Shown piece after piece: positions 7,901 to 17,721 of a stretch of 64,000 nt of DNA. A program made the translations under genes and the position numbers. Numbering within the stretch: position 1 is the first letter of the stretch; the number at the start of each line of letters is the position of its first letter. The stretch is from Clostridia bacterium. GTDB taxonomy: Bacteria; Bacillota; Clostridia; CAKSNL01; HGM11501. The stretch lies in NCBI GenBank assembly GCA_045545475.1, contig JAZQAZ010000008.1, forward strand, positions 96,001-160,000. Reading direction: 5' to 3'. The notes beneath the pieces were generated by a model. It saw only the letters and a list, made by a program, of their open reading frames with translations. It ran no database searches and was not told where the DNA came from.

Positions 7901-8849
7901 GAATGAAAGGAAAAAATTATCCATAGCAGTTACAGAAAACTACTTTGCAAAAATGCTGGAAATACAGGATGAAGGAAATATAGTCCCGTTACCAATGTAT
8001 GTTGAACAGCTTGTGTCATCATATGGTATGAACAATGAAAATGCAACTCTAGTTGTTAACACAATATATGAAATAATAAAAGCTGCTAAATCGAAAGAAC
8101 TGGCTAGAGAAGAATATAAATTAAAGGATGAAAAAATCGGACAGGAATTGAACTTAAAGTTTGATTCTGTATTTGAAGTCGAATCCATATTAAAAAAATA
8201 CAGTGGGAATGAGCCTGTACTCAATATTCCTGAAGGAATAACAAAAATTGATGAGTCTGTTTGTAAAGAAAATGAAAAAATAGAAAAGATCTTATTTCCA
8301 AAAAGTATTAAACATTTAGGAGATTCTGTTTTTGAAGCATGTTTAAACCTTAAAGATGTTTCTTTCTCCGATGGATTGGTGACTTTGGGAAATAAATGTT
8401 TTAAGAATTGCAAGTCGATTGAAGAAGTCGTTCTACCGAACACGGTAACAAAAATTTCAGCAGAAGCGTTTAGAAACTGCACCGGACTAAAGAAATTCCG
8501 TATCCCGAAAGCTGTAGAAATAATCGAAAAACTTGCTTTTACAGGGTGCGATAACCTAAAAGAATTTATTGTAGATGATGCTAATCCGTTTTTGCGATCA
8601 GATGGACATGCGATATATACTAAAGATATGAAAACGCTTATTTGCTTTGCACCCGGATCCGATAAAGAGTACTATAAAATTCCGGATACAGTTACATATT
8701 TAAATGATAATGCTTTTTCAGGATGTATGAATTTAAGAGTCGTTGATGTTCCGGCAGGTGCGAAAAAAGGAAGTTACTGTTTTAGCGGTTGTGAAAATTT
8801 GCGTAAGGAAGAACAACGCTTTGCTACAAATATTAGAGATTTTTTATAA
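7785..8849 (+). CDS. BspA-type (LRR_5) leucine-rich repeat protein with the same N-terminal domain
   Basis: LPNTVTKISAEAFRNCTGL, IPDTVTYLNDNAFSGCMNL, DGHAIYTKDMKTLICF. Confidence 0.88.
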   Translation: MDSEILNILSKAYKQYGRAVFCNPSKLNVYLYDLLAEYPNERKKLSIAVTENYFAKMLEIQDEGNIVPLPMYVEQLVSSYGMNNENATLVVNTIYEIIKAAKSKELAREEYKLKDEKIGQELNLKFDSVFEVESILKKYSGNEPVLNIPEGITKIDESVCKENEKIEKILFPKSIKHLGDSVFEACLNLKDVSFSDGLVTLGNKCFKNCKSIEEVVLPNTVTKISAEAFRNCTGLKKFRIPKAVEIIEKLAFTGCDNLKEFIVDDANPFLRSDGHAIYTKDMKTLICFAPGSDKEYYKIPDTVTYLNDNAFSGCMNLRVVDVPAGAKKGSYCFSGCENLRKEEQRFATNIRDFL

Positions 8850-8860
8850 TAAGAGAATGA

Positions 8861-9148
8861 ATTGAGGGACAGGATGCACCATTAATATTGTACATGGTTG
8901 TCCGTTCGGATATATGTATGGATCTTGACCCAAGCGGAGAAACTCTTGAAAAAATGGAGTACATAAACAAAATATTCAGTGAGCTTTCCGAAGAAAACGA
9001 AAACATTTCTCTTTTCGACGCTCGCAAAATTCCGTGGTTTGATTCCGATGTGCGGGGAAACGGAATTTTTAAGGAAGATATGGTGCACTATACTCCCGAA
9101 GCAAATCAATGGGTGGCTGAAGAATTTTTTAATAAATATAAAAAATAA
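8861..9148 (+). pseudogene. 5'-truncated SGNH/GDSL-like hydrolase remnant
   Basis: Open frame IEGQDAPLILYMV...ENISLFD...FKEDMVHYTPEANQWVAEEF with a block-V DxxH; in-frame TGA at 8858 and no convincing RBS or start. Confidence 0.55.
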
Positions 9149-9161
9149 AAGTGGGAAAATT

Positions 9162-9490
9162 ATGAAAAGAGTATTTGCTTTAATCGTTACCTTGGTAATA
9201 ATTTTCTCGCTTTTTGTAACGGTAAATGCATCGGGAGATAAAACCTATTATCCTTCCGATGTGGCAGAGAGCGGTGGAACGGTAACTGTTACGGACAGCG
9301 AAATCAAGGACTGGAAAATGAACGGATACATCAAATTTTCAGGCGTTGATATGACGGGGGTCAAGTCCGTTTCGGTAAACGGAAGCGTAAGACTTGAATC
9401 CGACAGAAACGGAGAAGTTTACTGCATACGTATGGACGGCCTTAAAAGTGAAATTTTAGGCTGGGTGAAGATGGATGAAACCGGAGGAGT
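9162..9490 (+). pseudogene. 3'-truncated paralog of the 11390 gene (signal peptide plus partial CBM6-like module); repeat B copy 1
   Basis: MKRVFALIVTLV...YYPSD..DMTGVKSVSV.G..RNGEVYCIRMD..EILGWV aligns to the first ~110 aa of 11390, then switches abruptly to repeat A. Confidence 0.85.
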
Positions 9491-9616
9491 AAAGGATTTT
9501 CAGAAAATGTGGAAGGATTTTTACGATACCGTAGCTGTTGAAGGCAGGGAAAACGAGCGTTGCCGTATGACTCATATGCCAAACACTTCTGGAAGCATAT
9601 GCCGGAGTTTGAGTGA
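9491..9616 (+). pseudogene. Direct repeat A, copy 2: orphan 3' end of a DUF4130 gene
   Basis: KDFQKMWKDFYDTVAVEGRENERCRMTHMP; restoring one A gives KHFWKHMPEFE-stop. Confidence 0.9.
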
Positions 9617-9657
9617 TAGAAGTTACGAAAATCAAACCATTTTTGCGATAATAATAC

Positions 9658-9686
9658 TTGTATATTTTAAGGCTATGTTGTATAAT
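9658..9686 (+). promoter_or_regulatory. sigma-A promoter of the GH20 gene
   Basis: TTGTAT-17 bp-TATAAT. Confidence 0.6.
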
Positions 9687-9727
9687 TGAAACTGTGGGAA
9701 TTTGCATTGATAAGAGGAGTTTTTCAG

Positions 9728-11377
9728 ATGATTTTACCAAGAGTGAAAATGCGTAAAGATAAAGAAGGCGTGTTTCAAAACATAATCAGATATTACGGAA
9801 AAAGTGAATTTTCTGAAAATGCAATAAATTTGATTAAACATTTTTCTCCCGATATAAAATGCGAAAAAGACAGTAATCCGAATTTCTTTTTAACGAAAGA
9901 TAATTTCGAAGTAAAAGGAACATATAAGCTGACAGTTTCAGAATCGGAGATATGTATTTGCTACAGCGATTATGAAGGCGTGCGAAATGCTATATCCACA
10001 CTTGTGCAATTGAGAGTGGATGACGGGATTAAATGCGTTGAAATTTTCGACGAGCCGGACAATACATTTCGCTCTTGTATGCTTGATCTTGCAAGGGGAT
10101 ATGTGGAAATTGATGTATTGAAAGAACACATCATCCGAATGGCAATGCTTAAATTCAGCCACATACATCTGCATTTGATGGACAGACAATCTTATGTTTT
10201 GGAATCAGACGTTGTACCTAATCCCGATAAACACAGATTGTATACAAAAAATGAAATGGCTGAACTTATTGCCTTTTGCAAAAATCTTTCCCTTGAAGTC
10301 ATTCCGGAAATTGAAATTCCTGCACATGCGGTTAATCAGATAAAAGCTTTGCCCGAACTGGGATGCGATATAATAGATAAAAAGAAAGCAATAGATGCAA
10401 TTAAAAATCTTGATAATCCGAGAAAGAGGGAGTTTACAGACAACAAAAAAGGTGTAAGTTCTTGGGTTGTTTGTGCGGGAAAAGAAACAACTTATGTTAT
10501 ATTTGAAGAAATCATAAAAGAAGTTTTGGAAATCTTTGACGGACCCTACATACATATAGGAGGGGACGAACTGGAATTTACCTATCTTGGGGCACACCCT
10601 CATTGGGATAATTGTAGTTATTGCACTAAAAAAATGGAGGAAGAAAATATATCCGACTTAAGGGGTTTATATTATTATGTTATAAGAAGAGTATATGACA
10701 CAGTGAAATCTTTCGGCAGAAAGATGATTATGTGGAACGATCAGATTGATGTATTTAATCCTATTGATATTCCAAAAGATATTATCATAGAGTTTTGGAA
10801 CGGCAATGTGATAACAAAGGAAAGAGGAACTTATCAGAAACTTCTTGAACAAGGGTTCGAAACAATAAATGCAGAATGTCACTATTGCTATGTGGATTTT
10901 CCGCAATATATGAGAGAAGAAAAAATTACCCGTTGGAACACCCATAAAGAGTATGTCGGAGACAGTAAGCTTGACGGAAAAATCATTGGAGGAGAGATGT
11001 GTGCATGGGAACTCGGAAACCCATTGTATTCGTTTTATCCGTATAGCTTGCCGGTTTGTATGACTCTTTTTGCTGACAGGGTTTGGAATAACGATATATT
11101 CATCTACGATGATGAATATAAAAAGTCCGCCTTTTCTGTTATGGTCGGAGTTTATGACAGGAATACAAATCCTTTTTCGTTTTTCAAGGAATTTATTCCG
11201 CCTCGTGACAGAAATAAAAATATGCTTGAAGATATTGAACTTGATAGCATTTCTTTGGATGAATTAAGTGGCGAACTTTCCAAGATGAAAAAGATAAAAG
11301 CCCAAAGTGTATATGGAAAAAATGCACTTGATGCTTATATCGGATGTCTTGAAGATATAGAAAATATATTAAAATAA
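9728..11377 (+). CDS. GH20 beta-N-acetylhexosaminidase
   Basis: RSCMLDLAR, HLHLMDRQS, IPEIEIPAH, catalytic HIGGDE, GGEMCAWE; ATG at 9728 after GAGGAG. Confidence 0.9.
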   Translation: MILPRVKMRKDKEGVFQNIIRYYGKSEFSENAINLIKHFSPDIKCEKDSNPNFFLTKDNFEVKGTYKLTVSESEICICYSDYEGVRNAISTLVQLRVDDGIKCVEIFDEPDNTFRSCMLDLARGYVEIDVLKEHIIRMAMLKFSHIHLHLMDRQSYVLESDVVPNPDKHRLYTKNEMAELIAFCKNLSLEVIPEIEIPAHAVNQIKALPELGCDIIDKKKAIDAIKNLDNPRKREFTDNKKGVSSWVVCAGKETTYVIFEEIIKEVLEIFDGPYIHIGGDELEFTYLGAHPHWDNCSYCTKKMEEENISDLRGLYYYVIRRVYDTVKSFGRKMIMWNDQIDVFNPIDIPKDIIIEFWNGNVITKERGTYQKLLEQGFETINAECHYCYVDFPQYMREEKITRWNTHKEYVGDSKLDGKIIGGEMCAWELGNPLYSFYPYSLPVCMTLFADRVWNNDIFIYDDEYKKSAFSVMVGVYDRNTNPFSFFKEFIPPRDRNKNMLEDIELDSISLDELSGELSKMKKIKAQSVYGKNALDAYIGCLEDIENILK

Positions 11378-11389
11378 AGGGGGAAAATT

Positions 11390-14119
11390 ATGAAAAGAGT
11401 ATTTGCTTTAATCATTACTTTAGTAATGACGTTCTCGCTTTTCGTAACAGCAAACGCATCGGGAGAGAAAATATATTATCCTTCCGATATCAAAAATGCA
11501 AGTCAGGGCGTAAGCATAACCGCAACTGAAATCAAAAACTGGCATATGCAAAAGTATGTAGTTATCGAGGATATTGATATGACAGGCATCAATTCTATAT
11601 CGGTAACAGGTACTGCAAGAATGACCAGCAGCCGAAACGGTGAGGCTTATTGCTTCCGCCTGGACAGTGAAAAGGGTGAAATTCTCGGTTGGGTTTTAAT
11701 GAACGAATCTGGAGTGGAAAAGAAATATGTCAACAACCTTGAATATACTGTGTCGGGGGTGCACGATATCTATGTGGTTGCAAACTTTGATACCGACGGA
11801 TATACAAGTGTTAAAAGCATAGGCTTTTCTAATGAAGTGCTTGATATAGAAGAGTATGTACCTGTTCCCGACAGTGCAATAATTGATAACTGGCACGATA
11901 CCTGGGTTGCAACCGACGATATGGGTAACATCATAGCCGATTACGAAGAAGCCGGAGCACCTGCCGGAGAAGATAAATTTATTGGTATGTTCTACTGGAA
12001 TTGGCACAGTAAAACTGTAACCAAAAAGGCGTTTATTCCCTGGAAAATAGTTGAAAAGTATCCCGAGGCAAAGTATGACTTCAATCATTTTGCCTGGGAA
12101 ACCGATGCGAGATTTACCTGGGACGAGCCTCTTTTCGGCCATTATGACAATACGGATTACTGGGTATACCGCCGTCAGGCAGTATTGATGGCAAACGCCG
12201 ATGTTGACGTGGTATTTTTCGATTACACCAACGGTCACAACTCCTGGCACGAGGGACTTAATGTTCAGCTTGAAGCGTGGCGTGATGCAAGAGAATCCGG
12301 TGTTGATGCTCCGAAAATAAGCGCTCTTTGTTCATGGAAGGAAAATCAGGCAAACTCCGTTAAGTTCTTGTATCTTAATGTGTTCAGAGACAGTAAGTAT
12401 ACAGACCTCTGGTTCTACTGGGATGGAAAGCCCCTTCTTATGTCAGGTGCACATAAATCATCTCAGAAATATCACGACCGTACAGACAAGGAATTTAATG
12501 CATTCCTTGACGAGATGTATGACTTCTTCACCTTCCGTACAAGCGGAGGAAGAAACGGTCAGACCGGTGAAGACCAGTTTATATGGCTGGAGTGCTATCC
12601 ACAGCACCGCTTCGGAAGCTATAAAGACGGCAGAACCGAATTTATGTCACTTGGTCTTGCTATAAACGAATCCTATGTATGGGGACCCACCATAACCGGA
12701 GTATTTTCCGATGAATACACCAAGGGCAGAAGCTATACCGAAGCCTTCGGTGAAGACTGGAGAGAGGGTACATACAGAGAAAACTACTTTTTCCACGAGC
12801 AGGCATCCCGCGTGCTTGATGAAAATCCTGCATTTGTCTTCGTTGACGGATGGAACGAATGGACAGCAGGCAGACAGGGACTTTATTCAGGCGTTGAAAA
12901 CTGCTTTGTAGATACCTATGACTATGAAGGAAGCAGAGACATCGAGCCTGCAAAAGGACCTTTAGGAGACGATTCATATAATGCCTTTGTTGACTTCGTA
13001 AGAAAATACAGAGGTGTTCGTCCTGCACCCATTGCAAGCGAAACAAAGACCATAGATATAAACGGAGACAGAAGTCAGTGGGATAGCGTCGGCCCGGAAT
13101 TTATAAACGACTTTGACGATTACGAGAGAGATTCCTACGGCTACTGCGATCCTGAGACAAAGCAGAAATATCATTACACCACAACTGTTATAAATTCAAT
13201 TTCAAGGGCAAAGGTTGCAAGGGACGACGATAATTATTATTTCTATGTAAAAGCCACAAGAGACATTGAAATTAGCGATAATAACTGGCTTTCGATTTAC
13301 ATAAATACGGATAGAAACCACGCTACAGGCTTTAAGGGCTATGACTTTGTTATAAACAGAAAAGCACCGGGTGCGGTTGAAAAAATTGCAGATGGTGCTT
13401 GGAGCTTTACCGATGCAGGAACAGCCCGGTATACAGTTTCCGGAGATGTATTACAGATTGAAGTTCCGAGAAGCTTAATCGGAGAAACAGGTGTAACCGA
13501 TTTTGAATTCAAAGTTGTTGACGGCTTTGATCCTGCAGGAAATATCCTTAATTTCTATACAGAGGGAAGCGTTGCTCCCATGGGAAGATTTAACTATCTT
13601 TATACAGAAATTAAGCAGACAACAACTACTAAAGAAGAACGTGACGAGCTTTACGGCACAACAATATTCAAAAAGGATTCCAATCGTATGATGGTTTCCG
13701 GCGGAAAGATGTATGTTTATCAGCCTGATACAAGAATAACAACTGTATCAGAAAACGGAACTCTCTATGTTCCCGTAAATGCTATGGAAGACGTACTTGG
13801 CTACGGTGAATCAAAGTTCTGGTACGATAATTACGAAAACATCCTTCATCTTGAAAACCACGATCTTGATGAAAACGACGAAATTTCAGATTACATCTGG
13901 ACATACACCGTGCTTGGAACAAACGAAGCGAGAGTTAACGGAAGAGTAACTGCTTTGTCAAATCCGGTAAAGGTTATAAACGGAGTTATTATGGTTCCCG
14001 TAACATATCTTTCCGAGTGCTTCGGAGTAGATATATATGACTCGGGAGACGGATATATTTCCGTTGGCAGATACGGAGTCCCCAAAGCTTCGGTTGACAA
14101 AGTTAAAGGACTTATATAA
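11390..14119 (+). CDS. Secreted modular protein: CBM6-like, GH99/GH71-like catalytic domain, C-terminal copper-amine-oxidase N-terminal (stalk) domain
   Basis: Signal peptide; GMFYWNWH, WDEPLFGHY, DVDVVFFDYTN, VDGWNEW, SRDIEP; NGVIMVPVTYLSECFG. Confidence 0.7.
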   Translation: MKRVFALIITLVMTFSLFVTANASGEKIYYPSDIKNASQGVSITATEIKNWHMQKYVVIEDIDMTGINSISVTGTARMTSSRNGEAYCFRLDSEKGEILGWVLMNESGVEKKYVNNLEYTVSGVHDIYVVANFDTDGYTSVKSIGFSNEVLDIEEYVPVPDSAIIDNWHDTWVATDDMGNIIADYEEAGAPAGEDKFIGMFYWNWHSKTVTKKAFIPWKIVEKYPEAKYDFNHFAWETDARFTWDEPLFGHYDNTDYWVYRRQAVLMANADVDVVFFDYTNGHNSWHEGLNVQLEAWRDARESGVDAPKISALCSWKENQANSVKFLYLNVFRDSKYTDLWFYWDGKPLLMSGAHKSSQKYHDRTDKEFNAFLDEMYDFFTFRTSGGRNGQTGEDQFIWLECYPQHRFGSYKDGRTEFMSLGLAINESYVWGPTITGVFSDEYTKGRSYTEAFGEDWREGTYRENYFFHEQASRVLDENPAFVFVDGWNEWTAGRQGLYSGVENCFVDTYDYEGSRDIEPAKGPLGDDSYNAFVDFVRKYRGVRPAPIASETKTIDINGDRSQWDSVGPEFINDFDDYERDSYGYCDPETKQKYHYTTTVINSISRAKVARDDDNYYFYVKATRDIEISDNNWLSIYINTDRNHATGFKGYDFVINRKAPGAVEKIADGAWSFTDAGTARYTVSGDVLQIEVPRSLIGETGVTDFEFKVVDGFDPAGNILNFYTEGSVAPMGRFNYLYTEIKQTTTTKEERDELYGTTIFKKDSNRMMVSGGKMYVYQPDTRITTVSENGTLYVPVNAMEDVLGYGESKFWYDNYENILHLENHDLDENDEISDYIWTYTVLGTNEARVNGRVTALSNPVKVINGVIMVPVTYLSECFGVDIYDSGDGYISVGRYGVPKASVDKVKGLI

Positions 14120-14134
14120 GGAGGGACTGATGAT

Positions 14135-16609
14135 ATGAAAAAGATACTCAATATATTATTAAGCTTAATCCTTGTTTTGTCCTGCTTTACAAATATAAGC
14201 TTTGCAGAAGACGAATATTATACCCCTGAAGCAACCTGGGAATATTCGGCAAACAGTGAATGGAGCGCAAATAAAATTGCAAAAGCCTTTGACGGCAATA
14301 TAAAATCTTTCTGGCACTCAAATTATGTGGCAGAAGGAACAACAATCACAAGTCAGGATAATCCTCCTTTTGAAATAACCGTTAAATTTCCCGAGGCAAT
14401 TTCTATTTCGGGCTTTGCCTACACTCCTAGACCGGAAGGTTCCGATGCAGGATGCGTGCTTGGCTATAAATTCCTTGTTGCGGAAAACGACGGCGACACT
14501 CCCGTGTTAATTGCAGAAGGAAAAATGGCAAACTCCAGAGATGTGAAAAAAGTTAAGCTTAAAGGAAATGTAAAGGCGAAAAAAGTTGTATTTATCATTA
14601 CAGAAGCCGTAAGAAATTACGGAACTATGGCAGAAATGGCTTTTATAAAGCCTGATGCATCTCTTAAAGATGTGAAAGCATCCGACATCAAGATAGGCGA
14701 AAGTACATTGGCAAGTAGCGACGATATGATTAAGACGGCTGAAGGGTGGATAATTACCGCAAACAGCGAATGGAAGGACAATAAAATCGCAAAGGCATTT
14801 GACGGCAATGTAAATTCTTTCTGGCACTCAAATTATGTGGCAGAAGGAACGACCATTACAAGCCAGGATAAGCCTCCTTTCGAAATTACTGTTACATTAC
14901 CTGAAGCAATTTCAATTTCAGGCTTTGCCTATACGCCAAGGCCTACAGGATCCGATGCAGGATGTGCACTTGGCTATAAACTCCTTGTTGCGGAAAACGA
15001 CGGCGACACTCCGGTTTTGGTTGCGGAAGGAAAAATGGCAAATTCCAGAGATGTAAAAACGGTAAAACTTACGGGGAACGTAAAGGTTAAAAAAGCCGTA
15101 TTTATCATAACTGAAGCTGTAAGAGATTACGGTACTATGGCAGAATTTAATTTCTTAAAGGCGAATTCATCCCTTAAAGATGTAAAGGCATCTGAAATTG
15201 TAGCGACAGGAAACTCTTCCGCAGCAAGTTCTTCAATTAAGAAAAACTGGAAGATTACCGCAAGCAGCGAATTTAAGGGGAACGAAATTGCAAAAGCCTT
15301 TGACGGTGATGTGAAAACCTTCTGGCATTCAAATTATAAGGCAGAAGGAAGCAATATAGTAAGTCAGGATAAGCCTCCTTACCAAATTACGATAGTTATG
15401 CCCGAAGGCGAAACAATATCAGGCTTTACATATACACCAAGACCTGCGGGAATGTCCGAGTCGGGAAGAGCGGTTTCCTATAAATTTTATATTGCAGGGA
15501 ATGAAACGGATGAGCCTGTTTTGGTAATGGAAGGCGATTTTGCAAACGATCCTGAACCTAAAACCATAAATTTAGCATGCAATGTAAATGTTAAAAAAGT
15601 TGTTTTTGAAATATCTTCGGGAATAAGAGGCTACGGCACAATGTCCGAATTTGATTTTGTCTATAAACGTTCGGACTACGATACCGTCGAAGCATCTGAA
15701 TTCCTTGCATACAAGGAAGCTAATCTCTATTATCCCATGCCTAAGGACGGAATGACAGCACATTCCGATTCTGTGTGGGAAAGCAATACCACCTCAAAGA
15801 TTCTTGACGGAAACATAGGAACATTCTGGCACGAAAATCCCGGTGATAAAGCACCTATCATACTTGACATTGATTTGGGTGCAGAATACGAAGTTTTGGG
15901 ATTTTCCTACTTCCCGAGAAAAGAGGCTGAAAACAAAGGACAGTGGAAGCGGTATAACGTATATACATCCGTTGATGGCAAGGATTTTGAATTGGTACTT
16001 GAGGATGCGAGAATGGATGTTGAGTATAAAGAGGTTATAGAACTCTTTATGTCTCCCGTAAAGTGCCGATATATTACCTTTGAAGTCCTTGAATTCAACT
16101 ATCACTGTGCTTGTGCCGAGCTTGAATTTTTTGAATCGGCAGAACAGAAAAACGCAAGAGAAAAAGCATCTTACGGAAAATATGTAATGCAGATAGACAA
16201 CCCCGTTATGAAGGTTACAAAGGGAGGAGAAGCTGAAAAAGAAGTTGTGCTCGATGTTGCCCCTTACCTTGATAACGGAACAACAATGATTCCTCTTCGT
16301 GGTCTTTTAACTGAAATGGGTGCGGAAATTACCTGGGATGGAGATACTCAAAGCATATTAGTTGTTCATCCAAAGGCAAAGGTTGAACTTCAGATAATGA
16401 ATCCGAGAGTATTTGTTACAACGGGTGGATACGGAAGAGTAAGATACACCCTTAAAGGCTCTGCTCCGAAGATTAAGAATTCAAGAACATTTATCCCTTT
16501 GAGATTTGTTTCTGAAAATCTTGGTTATACGGTTACCTGGGACGGGGAGACAAAAACCATAACCGTTGAAACGGCAAAGGTTACAGAATCATTTGATGCA
16601 AATAACTGA
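14135..16609 (+). CDS. Secreted protein with four F5/8-type C (CBM32/discoidin) domains and a stalk domain
   Basis: Four AFDG/ILDG..FWH..YxPR..E repeats; TMIPLR and RTFIPLRFVSENLGYTVTWDGETKTITV. Confidence 0.85.
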   Translation: MKKILNILLSLILVLSCFTNISFAEDEYYTPEATWEYSANSEWSANKIAKAFDGNIKSFWHSNYVAEGTTITSQDNPPFEITVKFPEAISISGFAYTPRPEGSDAGCVLGYKFLVAENDGDTPVLIAEGKMANSRDVKKVKLKGNVKAKKVVFIITEAVRNYGTMAEMAFIKPDASLKDVKASDIKIGESTLASSDDMIKTAEGWIITANSEWKDNKIAKAFDGNVNSFWHSNYVAEGTTITSQDKPPFEITVTLPEAISISGFAYTPRPTGSDAGCALGYKLLVAENDGDTPVLVAEGKMANSRDVKTVKLTGNVKVKKAVFIITEAVRDYGTMAEFNFLKANSSLKDVKASEIVATGNSSAASSSIKKNWKITASSEFKGNEIAKAFDGDVKTFWHSNYKAEGSNIVSQDKPPYQITIVMPEGETISGFTYTPRPAGMSESGRAVSYKFYIAGNETDEPVLVMEGDFANDPEPKTINLACNVNVKKVVFEISSGIRGYGTMSEFDFVYKRSDYDTVEASEFLAYKEANLYYPMPKDGMTAHSDSVWESNTTSKILDGNIGTFWHENPGDKAPIILDIDLGAEYEVLGFSYFPRKEAENKGQWKRYNVYTSVDGKDFELVLEDARMDVEYKEVIELFMSPVKCRYITFEVLEFNYHCACAELEFFESAEQKNAREKASYGKYVMQIDNPVMKVTKGGEAEKEVVLDVAPYLDNGTTMIPLRGLLTEMGAEITWDGDTQSILVVHPKAKVELQIMNPRVFVTTGGYGRVRYTLKGSAPKIKNSRTFIPLRFVSENLGYTVTWDGETKTITVETAKVTESFDANN
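14250..15195 (+). repeat. Intragenic tandem duplication, 510-bp period
   Basis: For example CTGGCACTCAAATTATGTGGCAGAAGGAAC is identical at 14311 and 14821; a third, more diverged copy follows. Confidence 0.85.
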
Positions 16610-16610
16610 T

Positions 16611-16646
16611 AAAAAGCGGTTACGATCATATCGTAACCGCTTTTTT
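16611..16646 (+). terminator. Intrinsic terminator
   Basis: AAAAAGCGGTTACGAT-CAT-ATCGTAACCGCTTTTTT. Confidence 0.9.
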
Positions 16647-16700
16647 ACAATATAAAGAAGAAAATTCATTATTTATTTACCAAAAAACAACAATAATGCT

Positions 16701-16729
16701 TTGACATCAAGATAATTTTGTGATACAAT
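16701..16729 (+). promoter_or_regulatory. sigma-A promoter of the yybS-rplI-dnaB operon
   Basis: TTGACA-17 bp-TACAAT with TGn. Confidence 0.75.
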
Positions 16730-16777
16730 GATATAATACAATGCGTATAGTATTTGATTTACGAATGGAGATAAATT

Positions 16778-17719
16778 GTGGAGAAGCATGTTAAAAGGCA
16801 CATACTGAGTGTGATAATAATGTTTTTGATTATTGCCTTACTACCGTCTGAGTTTACTATGATTGTAGGATCAGCTATTTTTGCTACGGCGACATTTGGA
16901 TTGCCTTTCAGGGCAATAGTTGGGGGAGCGGTGATTTGTACTTGGATATTTTCGCTCACTTCAGCTGACTTTGGCACAGGGATACTTTTGTCTTTGTCTT
17001 TCGTTATCCCCGGTTGGATTGAAGGTATTCTTTTAAAAAGACGTCGTAGCTTAAGTACGGTTATTTCTTTTACCGCAATAGCTAGGAGCGGTCTTTTACT
17101 TTTGTGCTATGACAGGATGGCAAGTTTAGAAGGAGTAACCATAAAAGATTTTGTTTTTGGTGATATTCCTATAAGCTTTTTAGATGAACTTAAAGCGGCA
17201 GGAGAAACGGAAGAAACTATAAAATTATTAGCTGATATATGGAATGTATTGGGAAATATGCTCCCGTCAATGATAATGATTGTCGGTTTGAGCTTTGCAT
17301 TCCTTTCTTTAGCCCTTACAAAATATTTAATAGGACAAAATGGTTATACTTTTCTTGGAATGAGAAAGTTTTCAGATATCAGAATGGATATATCTTTTAC
17401 GTTGTGTGCTATCATAATTTGTGTTTTTGCGTTTGTAGAAACTGAGATGCAGAACGTTCTTGTGAATAGTTTTTATGTAATTTGTGTTATTTACGCCACA
17501 GCGGGATTTGCTTTTGTTTATCGATTGATAAAAAAAGGAGTAAATATTCCAATTGCTGCTTTTTTACTTACAGCACTAACAGGCCTGATTTCCTGTGGAA
17601 TAATATTCCCTGTGATGGGAATTATAGGATCCTTTGTAAGAACTGATTTTGACAAAGAAACACCTTCTAAAATGGGTGGAGAAAATAATGAAATTGCAGA
17701 AAATCGAAAGGAAGATTAA
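16778..17719 (+). CDS. YybS/DUF2232-family membrane protein
   Basis: 313 aa multi-TM with LPSM.. and FS..RM motifs; position upstream of rplI. Confidence 0.65.
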   Translation: MEKHVKRHILSVIIMFLIIALLPSEFTMIVGSAIFATATFGLPFRAIVGGAVICTWIFSLTSADFGTGILLSLSFVIPGWIEGILLKRRRSLSTVISFTAIARSGLLLLCYDRMASLEGVTIKDFVFGDIPISFLDELKAAGETEETIKLLADIWNVLGNMLPSMIMIVGLSFAFLSLALTKYLIGQNGYTFLGMRKFSDIRMDISFTLCAIIICVFAFVETEMQNVLVNSFYVICVIYATAGFAFVYRLIKKGVNIPIAAFLLTALTGLISCGIIFPVMGIIGSFVRTDFDKETPSKMGGENNEIAENRKED

Positions 17720-17721
17720 AT

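Noticed and set aside
4652-9597. Repeat A as a DGR template/variable pair or as attL/attR of an integrative element
   Set aside because: Differences are not adenine-specific in one copy, there is no reverse transcriptase or integrase in the window, and repeat B interlocks with it
8979-9689. 236-aa ORF in the ORF track
   Set aside because: It is a chimera of an off-frame overlap with the SGNH remnant, the truncated 11390 paralog (true start 9162), the DUF4130 3' repeat and intergenic read-through
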